Assembly (NCBI RefSeq): GCF_000143415.4
Contig: NW_003314333.1
Coordinates: forward strand, 880,944 to 944,943
Reading direction: 5' to 3'
Source: Selaginella moellendorffii
Lineage: Eukaryota > Plantae > Lycopodiophyta
Length of the DNA: 64,000 bases
Position numbers and translations under genes: made by a program
Shown: positions 49,560 through 61,599 of the stretch, in pieces
Numbering within the stretch: the first letter of the stretch is position 1
Layout of the letters: the number at the start of each line of letters is the position of its first letter
The notes under the pieces: model-generated
Databases searched by the model: none
What the model saw: the letters and a program-made list of their open reading frames with translations, nothing else
Told to the model about the DNA's origin: nothing

Positions 49560-51270
49560 TAAACTGGAGTAGGTTCACGTAGAAAAGAACTAATGTTGAC
49601 TACTCATTCAGAGCGGCAGTGAGTATATGGCAGGACAGCTTCAGGCTTATGGCCATCTCGGACTCTCCTCAGAGAGCTGATCTTTGGCTGATCAACACGT
49701 AAGTTCAGTATCAGAAGGAAGAATCTTAAGCTGGATCAATTGTTGCTGCTGTTTTATTCGCAGGTGTACTGTGAAAGCTCCGACAATGGGAACACTGATA
49801 CGTAAAGGCAAAGCAGCCTCTATTCCCTTGGTGGATAGCTGGATGCGTTCCTCAGGGTTTAAAAGATCTCGAAGCTGTCAGCGTCATCGGAGTGCAGTAA
49901 ATACAGCGGGGGAGACTTTGAAAGGCCACGAGGCCCGGCTGCTTCGACGGGATGCTTTACCGTCTCTTGATTTGCCAAAAGTTTATAATCTCTTTTGCTG
50001 TTGTGTTTTCAGGTTCGTAAGAACAAGTTTGTCGAGATCATTCCTATCAACGTTGGCTGCTTGGGTGCTTGCACATACTGCAAGACGAAGCATGCTCGCG
50101 GGCATCTTGGCAGCTACACAGTAGACACACCAGTAAGGACCTTCGCCAGTTTCTTTTCTCTGTTACTGAGCTTTATCTACAGGTGCAAAGATTGAAAACC
50201 GTGGTGTCTGAAGGTGTGAAGGAGATATGGCGACACTGGAGCTTACGGTTATGGCTATCTGTTTCAAGCTAGCATTTTTTATTTACTTTTTTCTTTCTTT
50301 GCACTACAGGACGAGACATTGGAGCAAATATACCAGCGCTTCTACGTGCTTTAGTTGCCGTGCTTCCTCATAGACAGAAGTACAATGCTCCGAATCTACA
50401 TCTTACAGCATCTGGAGGAAATGGCTGTCACCCCTGCGTGTATTCGTTCCTTCATGTTCTGGTTCAATCTGGAAGGGACTCGGTGTTGGAGGTACCGATG
50501 TTATGGGTGATTGTTTTGTCTCTGTAAGCTGTTTTCTGTGTTCTTCAGGGCATGAAGAGGGAGTACACGTTTTCCGAGTTTAGAAAAATTGTGGATACTC
50601 TCACAAGACTAGTCCCAGAGATTCATATCGCTACAGATATTATCTGTGGATTTCCAGGTACACTCGCATGCACGAAAAAGATTGTATCTTATTGAGCTTT
50701 TATCCTTGTCAGGGGAAACATCAGAGGATTTTGACAGGATCATGGAACTAATACGAGAGTGCACGTTCCCACAGGTCCACATATCACAGTTTTACCCTCG
50801 ACCAGGTAGGTAATCTCTGTACATGCTACTGAATGGTTCTCTCTGTCACTAGTGTTTATCCTGTCAATATCCTTAGACAGGAACACCGGCGGCTCTAATG
50901 AAACGGGTTCCAACGCTCGAAGTGAAGAAACGAAGCCGTTCCTTGACAAGTCTGTTCGAATCGTTCACTCCTTACGCAGGAATGGAGAAAACGTACCGAG
51001 TCTGGGTCACCAACACTGCTGCTGATGGAATTCATCTGGTATTCTTTCTTTTGTTCTACGTCTCTGCAGGTTGGCCTGTGTACAAGTTCTACTTCCAGCT
51101 GTACCGGGCCTTCTTGGAAGCAAGTTAATGTGAAGATTACGTCTGTCGGAAGATGGTCTGTGACTGGCGAGTGGCGAACCAGATTCCACTCCTGGAGACG
51201 ATGCTGAGAAAGTCGGATGCGAGCAGCGGTAAGGAATGCGATCCTCGGGGAGTTCCTGAGAAAGAGATCC
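49560..51270 (+). pseudogene. CDKAL1/MtaB-type radical-SAM tRNA methylthiotransferase pseudogene (introns retained)
   Basis: [38 protein letters not shown] (CxxxCxxC), [32 protein letters not shown]; frameshifts and deletions. Confidence 0.88.
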
Positions 51271-51439
51271 CGAGTTCGGGCATCACATTTTCGTTTGTTG
51301 AAATTCACCAGGATCAGAAGCGGCAGGCTCTGTGGTCACTCTTGTGGCTTTCTTTACACACTCCAGAAGAAAACAAGCTCAAGGACGAGTCTGTGCAACG
51401 CTCGCACAAACTCGACTGGGCGCAATTGGGAGCTCCAAC

Positions 51440-52010
51440 CAGAGTCCAATCTCCGCTATCCCAGATGAGGTGTCTTTACGTCAATGACGGTGAGAGACTT
51501 ATCTTCATCAAGACAAGTTTGCAAGCACTGGTACGCTCTGTGTTCATCAGACTGTCTGTGGGAGAAATTCGTCGGCTCAGGTCAAGCCAACTTACCAAGG
51601 TACGTGCCTCCTGACTATACTATTTTCTGGAAATTTTGTTTTCCTTGCTTAAACGTTGAATTTTGCAGATGGCTGGTGCATAAGCACAGCACGCTACTGT
51701 CGTCTCGAAGCACTCGCGTTTTATATTTCACAAACAGATACACGTTTCTGATTCAAGCCTTGGATGCATGGTGGGAATACGGGATTTACAGCTCCTCTAA
51801 GCTGTGTCCTCTTATATGAGAGCTTACGCTGCGCGACTGGTGTGTATTCTATGAAGTGCTAAGCTCCGCTTTTGCGAATCGTGCAGATTTCCTATCTGCC
51901 TCACTTCTGCCAAAGCTTCACAGCAGATTGAATCTGTACGACCTGGAAGGTGTGTGTTTGGATGACGGAGTCACTGGGATGAAAATCTGGAAGGTGCTGC
52001 GTGACCTCTG
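51440..52010 (+). pseudogene. F-box gene fragment
   Basis: MTVRDLSSSRQVCKHWYALCSSDCLWEK F-box-like motif followed by a disrupted frame. Confidence 0.5.
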
Positions 52011-52105
52011 ACAGCGTTATATCTCATGGGTGAAAGTTTGCCTGCACTGCTCGGACCTTAATTATGCAGTCCGACGGTAAGTGGCATTCACGCTGGCTGT
52101 TGGAT

Positions 52106-53835
52106 CCTCCACCGTTGGATTGTACAGATTTAACAGCTCAAACGCTCAGCCTTTGAGTTGCCAGAAATTTCTAAGTCCTAGCACTTGGTTTTTGGCAATG
52201 GAGAGGAAGGTACGTGAGCATGGCAGTTACACCTTGAGCACGCCACGGCCAAGGTCACCACAGCCAGCTGCTCCAGCAGCAGCAGCAGCCGCCGATGCAG
52301 GCAGCGCCAGCCACTGCAACAGCCCGCGGCCTGCCAACACCAGCAGCTGCTGCGGCTGCTGCTCCAGCCGGCCAGCCAGCCGTGCCACGGCCGGCCTCCA
52401 GCGACCGCCACAGCGAGCACTTGGGCCAGCACTCGCCGCCCAAAGCGCCAGCCCTGTGGCTCGTCGTGGCCCAGCCCGTTAGCACTGCGTCCCGGCCAGC
52501 CGCTGCCCAGCAGCACCACCCCGAGGCAGCAACCACCAAGGGATCTCCAAAAATGCTAAGGGGATTGCTCCCTGCTGTTGAGAGCACCCGCACCACCCAG
52601 ACATCACCACAAAGCTGCTATGATCCACCAGAATCTGCCGTGGGAGACACAATTGCAACCGCAATTGCAAATGCCCGCCTCTGCTTCTCCAGCATCCTCT
52701 CCACCGTCAGATCTCCCGATCCAACGGTCCACGTGGTCCAAGCCTGAATCGTACTTAGATTTTTTCTGGGCTATGGAGGAGAAAGATGCAAGGAGCAGTC
52801 ACGACAGGGCATTCTGTCTTGACCACGCCACAACATCAAGCCAACAGCAAGCCAGGACAACTCCAAGCATGGTTCTGGATTCAGAGAAACCAGCCATGCT
52901 GCCCCTCTCTCCCCTCGCCAGGGTCTGACACAGCAAGTCTCCAAGCCAGGCATTTGCATTGGCCCCTGTGTGCCGCACCTCGCTGCCACAGTGCCACAAA
53001 AAATCCCTACCTGGAGATGCTCACTGCCACTAAGAGTCTGGGAATTAGCTTGGCTTCTCAACACAACAATCTCTTTGGTGTTTCCTGCGGCCCAGCTCCC
53101 CTGAATCGTGTCTGGCACAGCAAACTCCCCACAAAGGCTTTTTGCCCCCTTTTGGTCCAGTGCCTTGGCACCACCAAGAGATCATAAAAATGCCAAGGGA
53201 GCTGCTCCCTGCCACACAGACGCACCTCGCTGCCACAGTGCCACAAAAAATCCCTGCCTGGAGATGCTCACTGCCACTAAGAGTCCGGGAATTAGCTTGG
53301 CTTCTCAACACAACAATCTCTTTGGTGTTTCCTGCGGCCCAGCTCCCCTGAATTGTGTCTGGCACAGCAAACTCCCCACAAAGGCTTTTTGCCCCCTTTT
53401 GGTCCAGTGCCTTGGCACCACCAAGAGATCATAAAAATGCCAAGGGAGCTGCTCCCTGCCACACAAAGCACCCACACCACCCAGAGATCACCATAGAAAT
53501 GCTGTGCCTCACCAAAATCCGCCATGGGAGAAGCCTTTGCAACAGCAACAGCCATTGCAAAGGCCCACTCATGCTTCCCTCTCCTCTCTCCTCCACCGTC
53601 GGATCGCACAGATCCAACGGCTCAAACGCACAGCCTTTGAGTTGCCAATAATTTATAAGTCCTAGCACTTAGTTTTTTGGCAATGGTAGAGGAAGCTATG
53701 GGAGCATGGCCACTGCGTCTTGAGCACGCCATGGCCCAGGCCACCATAGCCAGCTGCTCTAGCAGTAGCAGCTGCTGACACAGGCAGCGCTAGCCATTGC
53801 AACAGCCTGCAGCTTGCTAGCACCAGCAGCTACTG
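52106..53835. repeat. GC-rich repeat block: ~240-bp direct repeats (52106-52350, 53590-53835) enclosing a 247-bp near-perfect tandem duplication (52975-53221, 53222-53466)
   Basis: Identical short ORFs offset by 247 bp (53108/53355); shared CTCCACCGT...CAGCCTTTGAGTTGCCA...AAGTCCTAGCACTT segments. Confidence 0.88.
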
Positions 53836-55129
53836 CATTGTGGGAGTGATTGAGGCGAGGAAGAGGGACGTCACCAGCTGCATTGGTCCTCCACTTGCTT
53901 CGCTGGAGTGACTATAGCAAAGGATGAGCTCTTTTTCTCTCTCACGGCTTGGTTTTCACTCTTTTTCTCGTTTCGACTTCATGGCTAACACAATCTTATT
54001 CACTTATGCAATAAACATGGATGCAAAGGAGATTGGTGTCGAAAAACTAGGCTAGAGGAAGTGGGTGGGCTTTTTTTCTTGGTGTGAGGCCTCACACTAA
54101 TGTTTTTGTGTGAGGTTGGACACTATCTATTTGTAGATTGGATTAAGGTATTATGGAGGGATGAAGTCATTTTCTTGGCATGAGGCCTCATGCTATTCAT
54201 TTATATGCATTTGTTTCTTACTACTTTAGGTGTCTAGGTGAGTAATCTTACTCGCCAATTCATGGCTGCTATAACCTGCACTGCGAAGGCTTTGTACAAA
54301 CAAGCAACAAGTACATACTAGGAGGATCATTTTCGAGCGTATCCACTCCAGACTCTACACAATATGAGAAAACCTTACATGTTTTCCAGGTCCATAGTCC
54401 AGACTATGTAAAAAACATGCATAAAAGCTATTAAATGGTTTTGAATTTTTCAGGACGATAGCTCAAAGAATTGGTGGCTACAAATTGACGGGGAAAGTAT
54501 TGGATACTGGCCTGCAAGCCTTTTTCAATCTCTACAGAATGGTGCTGAGACATTGGAAGCTGGCGGTGAAGTCTGCTATGATAAAGAAAGTGGAGTAAGA
54601 CACACAAAGACTGGTATGGGAAGTGGAGAATTTCCATCCCAGGGATATCTTAAAGCTGCATACCAGAGAAGAATATAGTACCTGGATTCCAATGGAGTAA
54701 TGCAGCCAGCAATTGGGATGAAAAGTGGAGCTGAAGTACCTAAATGCTACACTGCTACTAGTGTTGCTGCTGACAAGGGAGATGACTGGGGTGCATATTT
54801 CTTCTTTGGAGGCCCTGGATATAGCAACCAGTGCCCATAAACCTTCAATGAATGACAAAAGGCAAAAAAGTTTATAACCTGAAATAAAAATATTAACAGA
54901 TTTTATGACATTTTGAGAACAAGCAAGAAAATATAAAAGGATGTAGTCCCGCTTTTAGATCAAGACAATCTGAAAAATTCTCCATCAAGAAAGGGCATTC
55001 CAGCTCCAGGCCTCTACCACCGAACTATACTAATGCCGCTCAATCAATGCTACAACATAATAAATTAGTACCTGAATCCAAGCAAAAGGTCATTAATTTG
55101 CTCTATCCTTAACATCTTCGGGTCATGCC

Positions 55130-55400
55130 TGCACTGCAACACACCCGTGAAAGACTCCCTGATTTGGCAAAACTAATCTCACTATGTTCGATTAGCATCC
55201 TCAAGAATAGCTCCTTATGGCTTCAATGCTACCAGCTGTACGGGCATTTGCGGCCCGCACGGGAGATCTTTGACGCATGGTTGTCTTCTTACGCCGGTAA
55301 GAAATCACTTCCTTGTTGGCATTTTTCTCTAGCTTGCTCTTTAAGAACAGTTTGCTACATTGCTGCTGGAAATCATCGGCCCACTTGGCGCAAATAGAAA
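55130..55400 (+). pseudogene. Fused PPR 5' fragment and PIG-U fragment
   Basis: LYGHLRPAREIFD (PPR-like) joined to TTGTCTTCTTACGCCGGTAAG...GAAATCATCGGCCCACTTGGCGCAAAT, which matches PIG-U 39735-39865. Confidence 0.65.
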
Positions 55401-55639
55401 AAAAAACTAACATTGTTTCTGTGATCGTGTGAAAACGTGGTAGGCACACAGCACTTTCTTTTGACATGAGAACGGGACACGGCTCTCCACGCGGGCAGCT
55501 GATCGAGACTGCCATATCGACACTCCCACTCTGGCTCGTTCAGCTGGGAGGATGGATTAGACTACCCCTCCCACTCAGCCGAAGCAGATGGAGAGCAGAC
55601 TCCCAATGCAGAACGATGGTGCTCAAAGGGAGCGTGAGC

Positions 55640-56560
55640 CAAGAATCTTCGTGAGAATGTCAGCGCAATATTGCAGCAGCAGCTTTTCATTTTGAACTTG
55701 CTCCCGCATGTAGTGGAAGCGTATTTCAATATACTTCACGCGGGAATGGAAGCGCAGATTTGCCGTCACCGCAAGGACGCTTTGGCTGTTGGAGAACACC
55801 ACCAGAGGCTTGGAGCAAACACGAATTTATGGCAGGTTGCTACAGAACTGAGCCAGATTCTTTACAGTGGTTAGAGCAATATACTCAGCCTCAGCTGGCG
55901 CTTACTGCTCTAGGACACTACCCTGAGGTGGATCTTCTCCAGGAATTGGGAAACCAGGTCAAATATACGAGACTCCCCACAGCTTTGATTTTATGGCACG
56001 GTAGCCATGTAATCTTATTCTTCATCCGTGACAAGCTCAACTTCGTTTTTATCTCGTCCAACAAGTGGCGAGTTTTTGCACCGAGAATGCAGTTGTCCAC
56101 GGACACTGGTGCCAGGAGGAAATCATCTCCAAGCTTGTAAAGGTACACATTCCTTTCCACGGCAAGAACACAGCCCAGGCCTTGGGAGAACACGTCAATG
56201 CACTCGAACCAGACCTGTGGGGATTGCATGAGCCCATAGAGGGGGCGATTCAGCTTGCAAACCAGGTGTTCCTCACCAAGTTTGATAAATCCAGGTGGTT
56301 GTGCAATGTAAACATGCAGGAAAGCTGTCCCGATGTCCATCTAGGATTTTGCTGAATCCCCGTGCAACGAAGCGTGGTTTGAAATTGACGACAGGGCTTA
56401 TACTTCACCGTGAAGATCCACTTCGAGCTCACCCAGCAGGTAAGGTGGTCTTTGTCATAATATTTTTTTTCTCATGCGAATGCATTTCAGCATTCATGGC
56501 TTCTCGCCACTGAACAGCATGAGGTCCAGCTAATGCCTCATTTTTATTGTTGCTAAAGAA
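55640..56560 (-). mobile_element. Ty1/copia RT-RNase H remnant
   Basis: SKWIFTVK, MDIGTAFLH, QPPGF...VCKLNRPLYGLMQSPQVW, VGSLVYL, IRFHYMRE...ADILTK. Confidence 0.85.
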
Positions 56561-56954
56561 AAAGAAGGGACGAGAGTCCTCAGCTTTCAGTTGAAGCTGC
56601 GAAGGAACAGGAACTCGAGTAGAGCGCCATGGTTCAGGTCGAGCTGGAGGCTAAATCACCAGGGAGAAGGTAGGAACCACGTAACCGCCACCAAGAGCAA
56701 GAGGCAGCAACGGGACTTGAGAAGGAGTGAAGTCCACCAGCTGGAGTTCCACAAAAGTAAGAGCAGGAACAGCATAATCCTTGTACGGTTACTCTCTTTC
56801 CAGCAGAGTCTTACGCTTGAGAGAATAACCCTTCTAAATATCCCAGGATGAAGGTTCAACCTTTGAGTGATGCTTCTTCTTTGGGATATGAGTGTAGGCA
56901 AAGCATCCAAAGATGCGTAGATGTCCTCTTTAGTTTCCTTTAAAAAATTTAAGA

Positions 56955-57320
56955 TAACTTAAAAGGGGGTTAATGCAAACAGCCAAAAGGTCCAAATCAG
57001 TATATAATTAGGGTTACATTGAATAACCCTTAAGGAAAATTACAAAATGAATTGCAGTTATTGTCATTCTTCAGACTTGTTCTTACAAGGTTCAAGCACT
57101 GGTGGGAAATATCAAGAGGTGTTGTATTGTAAACATTGCAACAAGCTATGCTGGAAAGGTGGCCAGAAGAAAGTTGAGGAGCTACACAACTCGTTTAAGT
57201 TGGTTTTGCAAGACTTGAATAAATGTCCTCCAGTGACAAATAAATCCTTGGTTTTGTTCTAAGATGGCCAAGTGATCACTTTGGCGCAAAATCCTTTAGA
57301 AATTTCTTGAGCAATTCGTA
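56955..57320 (+). repeat. ~370-bp module, copy A, with 71-aa CxxC-CxxC ORF (57047-57262)
   Basis: Near-identical to 61172-61550. Confidence 0.85.
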
Positions 57321-57460
57321 CAAACGTTAAAGTTCCCCATTAGGGAGCTCAAAGAAACAAAATATTCCATTATTTTGCCATGAAACATAAGATTCCCATT
57401 CCATTTCCATTTACTCATTCCACTTAAAAACAATAAAAATATAGTAAATCAAGTGGGTTT

Positions 57461-58900
57461 TCAATTGTCTTTCTGTTTTGATTGTTAGCTTGGACCTCGT
57501 AGCATCAAGTTGACGCTTTCAACGATCAAAAGAGTTTCCTTTAGTTGGCTTAGCAAAGAAAAACCGCATTTACCTGGACAAACGTATAGGCCAAAGCAGT
57601 CGCAAAATAGAAGCTAGCATTTCCTGTTCCAGAAGGAAAAAAGATATATGAAAAAGGAACAGAAAAAAAATAAGGAAAAAGAGTATATTACCCTTCAAAA
57701 TCCATAGCTCCAACGAAATGAAGCGTACTTGAAATCTGCAAACATAAATTCTATAAACCTGTGATCCAAATTCAAAAAAATTACTCAAATACAGACCAGA
57801 GAGCTCGTAAGTGAAAAGGCCCATTGAGTCCCAAATACATCAAACCTGAGCATCACAATATATAAATGCTTAAGTTGCAAGGAGGAGAAGTCTCACCGAT
57901 AGGTAGTCGACACAACCGCCATTAAAGTAAAAGAAAGGAAAATCGGCCAGTGATAGAAACATATAGATAATGGTGCTATCCTGCAAAATATGTTGCCACT
58001 AGCTTGTCTCAAGCAATCTTAAAAATAGACGCAAGGATTTAGACTTGCAAGATCGGAAGTGAGTTAAAATGCCGAAATCAACAGGACAACAGGATACATT
58101 GCGAAGTGTGAAGCCATGACCCATGCAAAAACAGCAAGCAGAGCATTTCCTGCATAGAAAAACTATGGTTTAGCAAGAAAGAAAATTAATTCCAAAGTGT
58201 GATATGCCGCACCTTCTAATGAAATATAGGGAGCCAAGCATACAACGAAGACAACGTCGATCCTCCAACATAGACAAGACTGTGAAGGGATTGAAAAGAA
58301 CTACCTCTCCAGTGTCAAGAGTTTCACCTGTAAGAAAAAGCCCGAAAAAGCATCGAATAAGTAATTCTAAGGTTCCAATCTTACTTTTCTCCTGCCTTTG
58401 GAAGGTATTGGCAGCTCCAGAAGACGAGTGTAGTGATTGTGAACAGCAGAGAGACGTTTTCCAATGAGAATTATCAACAGCACTGTAGCAAAATCCGAAA
58501 GAAGAAAAACAACGGGGCTATCACAGAGAGACAACGTTGGCTTTCGCTTGAGAAAAACCTTGACGATGTCCTCTCACCTATTTGCACCAAGTGGGCCTAT
58601 GATTTCCAGCAGTATTGGAGATCCATGGTAAACAGATCCTAGATGAAAGTAGCAAATTGTTCTTAAAGAGCACGCTAGAGAAAACCGGTGATTTCTTACC
58701 GGCATCAGCGTCTTGAGCCGTGCTCCACTGCAAAGATCTATGAAAATGTAGCTCATCCGCATCAAAACGGGACTAGTGACCGGAGTAGCGATTTCCAGAG
58801 ATCGGCTGAGCCTTGCGGACGCGCCTGAAGTAGAAGCAGCATTGCGATCCTTGCGAGCGTCATTCCACCCCATAGCGGCGACGGTCTCCTCCCTGGAAAT
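57461..58900 (-). pseudogene. Inverted PIG-U pseudogene copy
   Basis: Reverse complement matches 39510-41516 (SRSLEIATPVTS, YHGSPILLEIIGPLGANR, GLFTYELSG, final KDN*) with deletions. Confidence 0.9.
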
Positions 58901-58914
58901 CCAAGGCACAGATA

Positions 58915-59120
58915 CCCGTGTTGGGATATACGCGGTAATCATGGTTGTCCAGATGAGATTCTTGTCGGGCATTCCATTGAAGAATATCTTGGCATCTTCG
59001 AGGCTTCCAGTAACAAGAGTATCATCCATGAGACGGCTGTGTGCTGGGGCATTGAACCAATACAGTGAGATGAGCTTTGCCAAATCAGGGATGCCTGTTG
59101 CAGCGCAAGCATCACCCCAT
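58915..59120 (-). pseudogene. PPR gene fragment
   Basis: TGSLEDAKIFFNGMPDKNLIWTTMITAY, nearly the same as the repeat at ~63017-63110. Confidence 0.75.
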
Positions 59121-59149
59121 TGAATTTATCAGAATTTTTTGGATTGTTA

Positions 59150-60472
59150 GCAAATACACCTTTGCATTTTTCAGGCACTGCCAGGGCCTCCAAAGAAGAA
59201 ATATGCCCCATTCATAGCCGAGACACTAGTAGCAGTATAGCATTTAGGTGTTTCAACTTCTCTTTTCATCCCAACTGTTGGCTGCATCGCACCACTAGAA
59301 TCCAGGTACTGTATTCTTCTCTGCTATGCAAATTACCATATCCCTGGGATGGAAATTCTCCACTTCCCATATCAGTCTTTGTGTGTCTTGCTCCATTTTC
59401 TTTATCATAGTAACTTCCAAAGTGTCATTCTGTAGAAATTAGAAAAGATTTGCAAGTCAGTGTCCTATAGTTTCCCGTCAATTTTGTAACCACCAATTCT
59501 TTGAGCCATCGTCCTGAAAAATTCAGCCAAGGCTTAAGCAACAAATACATACTAGGAGGAACATTTTCGAGCGTATCCACTCCAGACTCTACACAATATA
59601 TGAGATAACCTTACGTGTTTTCCAGGTCTAGAGTCTGTACAGGTTATAGCATCCAGTATTAATGTAGCCATCGGCCTGCCAAATGTTGACAATTCTTATA
59701 AAATGTTTTATTACCAATCTGATTTACTGTCCAGTAGACAAAGAGTCGAGGCCCACTTCCTCAAGGTTCAGTATAGAAACACTTGAATTTGCTTCAATTG
59801 TGTTCACTGGGCCTAATTTGTTTGAGGTGATCCACAACTGCGCCAGACTGAACTCGGACGTTTGTTCCACGTATGGCTCCCAATCATTTCTAGTTGTTTC
59901 CATCTCTTTAAAGTTGTCGTTCAACTTGTTGTAGCCATGCTGTTGTGATCATGCAAAGTATCGTCAACTCTTGAGAGTTGTGCTCAGATCCAGGTTCTTC
60001 ATCAGCCAATGGCACTCGATTTTTTCCATAGGAATTTTTTATGATTAGCTGAACCAAATCTTGTGGCTATGGTATTCGAAGTTTGCAACACCGGTATTGT
60101 GTTTTTCTTGCACGATCCAACTTCTAGACCAAACAGCTGACCAAAATTTTCTGATCGATTGTGCTCTTTTTTGCTCATCATTTGAGGGGCTAAACGAGGA
60201 ATGCTGCACAACTTACCAGAAGCTGCAGCGTCTGGTTTCTTAGAGACAGTTGGTTTTTAATTGGGACGCAGAGGATGATGTCTCCATTTGATAACTGCAA
60301 ATCGGAATCTATGTGTTCACAAGGGTTTGAAAAAGAGGAAACAAACCGTATGATTTGTGAAAAACGGAGGAGTCACGTCTCAGAGAAAATCTCTCATCTC
60401 CTCATTGAGATCTGCTGCTGCGTAAGAATGTAAGAAGCATACCATCAGCAGCAATGCTTCTGTTTCTGACAT
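59150..60472 (-). pseudogene. Inverted neprosin pseudogene copy with an empty insertion site and an internal micro-inversion
   Basis: Same ATGTCAGAAACAGAAGC start; WEPYVEQTSEFSLAQLW; contiguous ADGYINTGCYNL at ~59635-59676. Confidence 0.88.
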
Positions 60473-60787
60473 TTTTCGAAGATGACAAAAATAATGAAGG
60501 GAGAATTTGTAGATCGATGATGGTCGCAATATCTTCTTCGTAACTTGTGTACTTGGAAATCAAAGAAGACAAAACTGGTCTATCGTCAATCTTTCCAGCA
60601 GGGGTCTTCTTGCGACCTCAGTTTTCTGACTGTGGAACCCCAGAAACGTTCCGTGCACGTGATTTACCTCGAGCATTCAAGCTATCAAACCAGTCTATAC
60701 GGAACGTTTCTGAGGTCCATCCATCAACTTTGGCCGAAAGAAGTTAACGTGGAGTGTTGTTAAAATTGCACCAAGAAATCTAAGGTC

Positions 60788-61039
60788 GGTGTTTCATGGC
60801 AACATATTTTGCCTGATAACACCACTGTCTATATACTTCTATCACCTACCGATTTTCCTTTCTTTTATTTTGATGGCGGTTGTCTACCCATCGGTATGCC
60901 AACTTCTATTTTGCGACTGCTTTGGCCTATGCGTTTCTCCAAACGGGGTTTTTCTTTGCTAAGCCAACTAACGGAAACACTTTTGATCGTTGAAAGCGTC
61001 AACTTGATGCTACGACAATCAAAACAGAAAGACAATTGA
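60788..61039 (+). pseudogene. Collapsed PIG-U 3' fragments
   Basis: Matches pieces of 40880-40980 and 41320-41516. Confidence 0.8.
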
Positions 61040-61171
61040 AAACCCGCTTGATTTACTATATTTTTATTGTTTTTAATGAGTAAATGGAAATGGAATGGGA
61101 ATCTTATGTTTCATGGCATAAGCAAAAGAATCTTTGAGCTTAAGATAAAGATAAAACTTTAAGAATTGAAC

Positions 61172-61550
61172 TAACTTAAAAGGGGGTTAATGCAAACAGC
61201 CTTTTCCTTCAGCCAAAAGGTCCAAATCAGTATATAATTAGGGTTACATTGAATAACCCTTAAGGAAAATTACAAAATGAATTGTAGTTATTGTCATTCT
61301 TCAGACTTGTTCTTACAAGGTTCAAGCACTAGTGGGAAATATCAAGAGGTGTTGTATTGTAAACATTGCAACAAGCTATGCTGGAAAGGTGGCCAGAAGA
61401 AAGTTGAGGAGCAACATAGCTCGTTTAAGTTGGTCTTGCAAGACTTGAATAAATGTCCTCCAGTGACAAATAAATCCTTGGTTTTGTTCTAAGATGGCCA
61501 AGTGATCACTTTGGCGCAAAATCCTTTAGAGATTTCTTGAGCAATTTGTA
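61172..61550 (+). repeat. ~370-bp module, copy B, with 71-aa CxxC-CxxC ORF (61277-61492)
   Basis: Near-identical to 56955-57320. Confidence 0.85.
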
Positions 61551-61599
61551 AGATCGAAGCCACTATCCCAACTTTTCCATATCCTAGTGTGTGATTCGC

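Larger units (their letters stand above)
42947..54259. mobile_element. ~11.3-kb cargo-carrying insertion of uncertain superfamily (Helitron/Helentron-like or 3-bp-TSD type)
   Basis: Joining the flanks restores AGA AAT CAT GGC TGC TAT AAC. TCA at both junctions, 3' hairpin 54237-54256, shared palindromic subterminal repeats at both ends. Confidence 0.85.
42029..54840 (+). pseudogene. Neprosin (DUF239 + activation peptide) gene split by an 11.3-kb insertion; 5' part 42029-42949, 3' part 54260-54840
   Basis: Signal peptide MSETEALLLMVCFLLAHAAA, DIILCVPIKNQ, GSCKENTIP, NVWEPYVEQTSEFSL, YGGTGPRLFVYWT|ADGYRN^HGCYNLHCEGFVQT, NWWL..IGYWP, GGEV, MGSGEFP, FFFGGPG. Confidence 0.9.

Noticed and set aside
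52081-53668. Many overlapping 60-150 aa ORFs, and a possible CRISPR-like or coding repeat
   Set aside because: GC-rich tandem/direct repeats with few stops; no spacer structure or domain motifs.
54234-54237. CTAG as a canonical Helitron 3' end
   Set aside because: It lies upstream of the hairpin and 22 nt inside the junction defined by the neprosin frame, the reverse of the canonical hairpin-then-CTRR order.
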